Below, piece by piece: positions 25,633-28,823 of a stretch of DNA of 28,823 nucleotides. The position numbers were made by a program, and so were the translations under genes. Positions within the stretch are counted from its first letter, which is position 1. Each line of letters begins with the position of its first letter. Under the pieces are notes generated by a model, which was not told the DNA's origin, searched no databases, and worked only from the letters and a program-made list of their open reading frames with translations. Source of the stretch: a virus (lineage: Duplodnaviria > Caudoviricetes); IMG/VR virus record IMGVR_UViG_3300012232_000041, positions 1 to 28,823 of that record; one strand, written 5' to 3'.

Positions 25633-28184
25633 TACTCGTCGCTCAGTATAAGCGTAACCGCGAGCAAGAAAAACTCCATTTCGTCCTCAGCCCGCGCCAT
25701 TTCTCGCTCTAAGGCTTCGAGAGCGGAGTAGTTCCCTTGCTGAATTGCTCGGTCTAGAGCCAGCGCGACCCGTTCGTTGTAGGCGTCCTCGGTTGCCTGT
25801 CGGCCGTACTTCTCTGCGGCCGCTTTGAGCCTCGCGAGCTCGGCTGCCCTTTGGCTCTCCTGCTCGATTTCCCGCTCGACTATCGCAAGCTCGCGGTCGA
25901 GCCGGTCCTGTATCTGCTCGGACTCCTCGCGCCGTTCCTCGAGGCGCCTGCGTTCCTTCCTTCTGCGGTCGTGCTCGTCCTTCCACCAGGGCGGCCACCA
26001 GCCTCCACCACCAGGCACGACAGGCGGAACAACGATGACTGGCGATGGCGGGTAGGTCAGTTGCGGGTCTTGTGGTTGTAGTCTCCTGACCTGTGAGGTT
26101 CTGAATACAACAGCCGCTCTGTAGGCCGCTTCTGGCTGCTCTGGCGTAGAAGGTGTCTGCGGATAGGTGATCTGCGGCGCTTGCTCCTGGAGCTTCCTAG
26201 CGCGCGTGATCCTATTAGCTACAGGGGATCTGAAAGCCGCCTCGGGTATCGGTGGTGTAACCGGGAAGAGCAATTGCGGATCGGCGGGCTGTAGCCTCCT
26301 CTCAGTCGCTCGTCTGAAGTGATACCCGGTTGGCGAGAAGTTGAACCGCGAAGGCTCCGGGTGAGCCTCGACCAATAGCCCGCCGGTTTGGATAATTCCG
26401 GGTCTGCCCTTACGGCGCTTATTGGTAACTAGAGTCACCGCCGCCATCGTGATCGGCGGTGTCTGTGGATAAGTAATCTGCGGCGCCTGTGGCTGTAAGG
26501 TCCGCTTGATGTCCCTCCTGAAGTGGTAGCCAGTGGGAGAGAAATTGAGCAGCGACGGTTCGGGATGCGCCTCTACCAGTTGTCCGCCGATCTGGAATAT
26601 GCCCGGGCGTGACTTACGGCGTTTCTGGGTAACGAGCGTGACTGCGGTAATCTCGACCGTAGTCACAACCGGCGTGGCTGGATAGACGTTGAGCTCAGGT
26701 AGTCTCTGCAGCTTCCTGGCTTGGCCTACCCGGTTTGTCGTCAGTCCATCCCACGACGGGAATGGAACAGCGGGAGGTGGTGTTGCTGGGTAGTAGTTGA
26801 GCTCTTGCTCTAGCCTGAGAGTTCTGGTCGTCTCTCTACGTCGATGGAATCCTACAGGCTCAAACGCCGGCAGAATCTGCGTTGCTGGTGATAGGTCGGG
26901 ATGCCCGAGCTTTTGCAGCTTGCGCGAACGCTTGATGCGGTTGGTTTTGGGCGCGAGCCAGGCTGCGTATGAAGGCGTCTCAGGGTAAACGTTGTGCTGC
27001 GGGGTTCGCAGTAAGCGCCTATCCTGAAACGTCGGGGCGCGCTGTTTTGTTTCCCAGGCTGGCGGCCCAATCGCGGGGGGCAGCTTGATGAACAAAAGCT
27101 GCTGCAACACGCGGCGGTATTCGATCTTGATGGCTTTCGGCGGCTCGAACCAAGCGATTACCGGGGGCGTGTACTGCTCGATTTCCTTGTGACTCAGGAC
27201 GATCAGCTTGCGGCGGGTCTCCTTCCTCCTAATGACTAAAACAGGCAGCCAGGCCGATACCGGCTGCTCCACAACCACCACGGGCGGCGCCACCATCCCA
27301 GGCGTCCAGCCAATCGAATACTGGCGGCGCGACGGGACGATGCGCGTCTTGAAGGTAACCGCTGACCCTACCGTCGCCGCTGGCGGGGTTTCCGGGTAGG
27401 TGATCTGATCCGCCTGCGGGAGAGGACGATTGAGCCGGCTGATATCCCGCCGACGATTGGTAATCGGCTCCATCCAAGCGGTTACAGGCTGCGGAACCTG
27501 TGGGATTTGGGCAGTGAGAGCGTCACCCCAGCCAATCGACAAAGCCCGCCTGACGCGTGTAAAGCGAGTCTGAAACGGAACCTCTAGCGTTCTATCCGCA
27601 GAAGGCGGGACGGTTACTTCGTCCGTCTCGTGAAGCCTGAGTGTCTTTAACCGCCGGTTGGTGTGGTTCCTGCGCTTGCGGAACGTGTGCCTTGAGTCCC
27701 ACAGATTAGGAACTGAGTACTCAATGGCAATCGTGACGTAATCACACTGTAAGGCGTTGATCGTGTCGGTTGACCAGATCGAAACGCCAAACCCGGCCGC
27801 ATTGACGATGGCCGGAGTAAGGGCAGCACTCCAAAGGTCTGTAGCCGAGCCACTGGTAGAGATCACCGGGCCGTTAGTGATCGAGATGGCGCTTTTAGCT
27901 GCGCCAATCAGGGTCGGTGTGGTGGCGCTGTGTAATTGCGGGATGTACGAAGACGAGCCGGAGCCCGTCTCTGACATCTCGATCCGAACCGTGACGCCGA
28001 GAATCGTGGCGTCTAATGGAATCGTGAACCCGTAACCGGACGTTACGAGGTAGTCAGTAGGAACCGTGCTAGTGGCATTCGTCGCGTTATCGCTAACGAC
28101 GTTACCGGGATTCGTCCAGAGCGTAGACCCAGCACGGTCTACGGTAGCGCCGGCAGTGGGGAATACGTTGCCGGTTGTGGCCAT
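25632..28184 (-). CDS. 850-aa protein: N-terminal beta-sandwich, Arg/Pro-rich repeat stalk, C-terminal coiled coil
   Basis: Long ORF with a TAATG overlap into the next gene; domain layout read from composition and repeats. Confidence 0.85.
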   Translation of the reverse strand: MATTGNVFPTAGATVDRAGSTLWTNPGNVVSDNATNATSTVPTDYLVTSGYGFTIPLDATILGVTVRIEMSETGSGSSSYIPQLHSATTPTLIGAAKSAISITNGPVISTSGSATDLWSAALTPAIVNAAGFGVSIWSTDTINALQCDYVTIAIEYSVPNLWDSRHTFRKRRNHTNRRLKTLRLHETDEVTVPPSADRTLEVPFQTRFTRVRRALSIGWGDALTAQIPQVPQPVTAWMEPITNRRRDISRLNRPLPQADQITYPETPPAATVGSAVTFKTRIVPSRRQYSIGWTPGMVAPPVVVVEQPVSAWLPVLVIRRKETRRKLIVLSHKEIEQYTPPVIAWFEPPKAIKIEYRRVLQQLLFIKLPPAIGPPAWETKQRAPTFQDRRLLRTPQHNVYPETPSYAAWLAPKTNRIKRSRKLQKLGHPDLSPATQILPAFEPVGFHRRRETTRTLRLEQELNYYPATPPPAVPFPSWDGLTTNRVGQARKLQRLPELNVYPATPVVTTVEITAVTLVTQKRRKSRPGIFQIGGQLVEAHPEPSLLNFSPTGYHFRRDIKRTLQPQAPQITYPQTPPITMAAVTLVTNKRRKGRPGIIQTGGLLVEAHPEPSRFNFSPTGYHFRRATERRLQPADPQLLFPVTPPIPEAAFRSPVANRITRARKLQEQAPQITYPQTPSTPEQPEAAYRAAVVFRTSQVRRLQPQDPQLTYPPSPVIVVPPVVPGGGGWWPPWWKDEHDRRRKERRRLEERREESEQIQDRLDRELAIVEREIEQESQRAAELARLKAAAEKYGRQATEDAYNERVALALDRAIQQGNYSALEALEREMARAEDEMEFFLLAVTLILSDE
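26040..27710 (-). repeat. about 16 degenerate 30-40 aa repeats, including a 204-bp tandem duplication (about 26250-26650)
   Basis: Consensus (A/S)(W/F)-x-Arg-rich-RxLQ-x-YPxTP; CTGAAGT anchor at 26314 and 26518. Confidence 0.8.
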
Positions 28185-28187
28185 CTG

Positions 28188-28502
28188 CTAGCTCAATGCA
28201 CGGAGTTTCGCCTCCGGTATGACACGCTGACGCACGGAATTGGCATACAGCGTCTTTCCGCTTCTCTCGTACGGTCGCGACAGTTCAACGGCGACGAGGT
28301 AAGAGCACCCATCCGCGCTCTCGAGGACTTCTAAAACCTCGCCGTGATCCGCCTTGGTCTGGTACACGCCAATACCAGGAGCTGCCGCGTGCTGCCTGCC
28401 CTTGCTGTCTACCCAAGGAGCACACTGCTGCGGGACGCGCGGATCAGGGGTCTGCGGGTTAAAAGCGATCTCAACCCGCTGCCCTACTGAGAGCTTCGCC
28501 AT
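28188..28502 (-). CDS. hypothetical protein (104 aa), SH3/KOW-like pattern
   Basis: LSVGQRVEI...GEVLEV...YLVAV...IPEAKL; tightly packed in the operon. Confidence 0.7.
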   Translation of the reverse strand: MAKLSVGQRVEIAFNPQTPDPRVPQQCAPWVDSKGRQHAAAPGIGVYQTKADHGEVLEVLESADGCSYLVAVELSRPYERSGKTLYANSVRQRVIPEAKLRALS

Positions 28503-28505
28503 TGA

Positions 28506-28823
28506 CTAGCCGCCGATTTCTCGACAGGTCATCCCGTAGTCAAAGGTCATGCTGGTCGCGGTCGTGTTGAGCTTGATCCCCACCAACGCAGACGGCGAGA
28601 TCACAACCACTTCGTCGTCATTGGCCGGCGTCCACAACCAACCGGATAGACAGTTGAACCCTTGGCTTACCAGGACGGTGCTCGCGGTGTACGACGGTTC
28701 AATCGTCGAGTTGGTCTCGAGCACTCCACCGAAAGCAGCGTCACCGACTTGGAACGGCGCTACACCCGACGTCGAGGTCGTGCCCGTACCCGTTGTCGTG
28801 ATGCGCTGAATTCTGGCCGAAAG
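28506..28823 (-). CDS. beta-rich Thr/Ser-rich putative virion protein, 5' end outside the window
   Basis: Frame is open from the window edge (LSARIQRITTTGTG...REIGG*); the track start at 28724 is internal. Confidence 0.75.
   Translation of the reverse strand, partial: LSARIQRITTTGTGTTSTSGVAPFQVGDAAFGGVLETNSTIEPSYTASTVLVSQGFNCLSGWLWTPANDDEVVVISPSALVGIKLNTTATSMTFDYGMTCREIGG

Larger units (their letters stand above)
1..28823. mobile_element. P22-like podovirus phage or prophage segment (both ends outside the window)
   Basis: Gene order terS-terL-portal-scaffold-coat-gp4-like-gp10-like-ejection proteins-tailspikes-lysis, converging with an early recombination operon; no tape measure or sheath gene; no host genes. 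Confidence 0.95.

Noticed and set aside
1-28823. Genome-wide amber recoding
   Set aside because: Core genes are full length in the standard code, and bet, portal and the gp10-like gene end properly at TAG

Overview
The whole window is tailed-phage DNA (about 55-60% GC by eye) with a P22-like podovirus organisation. No host genes, integrase, att site, RNA genes or CRISPR are visible, so prophage versus free phage cannot be decided. 1-3477 (+) is an early operon of small overlapping ORFs with a lambda Bet/RecT-type annealing protein and an HNH nuclease. 28823-3428 (-) is one long late operon: a structural-looking cassette upstream of the terminase (including an 850-aa Arg/Pro repeat protein and a 115-aa stand-alone domain), TerS, TerL, portal, a putative ADP-ribosyltransferase, scaffold, coat, small head proteins, a GT-A glycosyltransferase, gp4/gp10-like tail proteins, three ejection proteins, a short tailspike-anchor protein, two beta-helix tailspikes, an M15 endolysin and an extended membrane/secreted-protein cassette. 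The most striking signal is a ~115-aa module found at the N-terminus of both tailspikes and as a separate gene next to a ~16-repeat protein, suggesting a modular spike-docking system (inference). All product calls come from motif recognition and gene order, not database searches.
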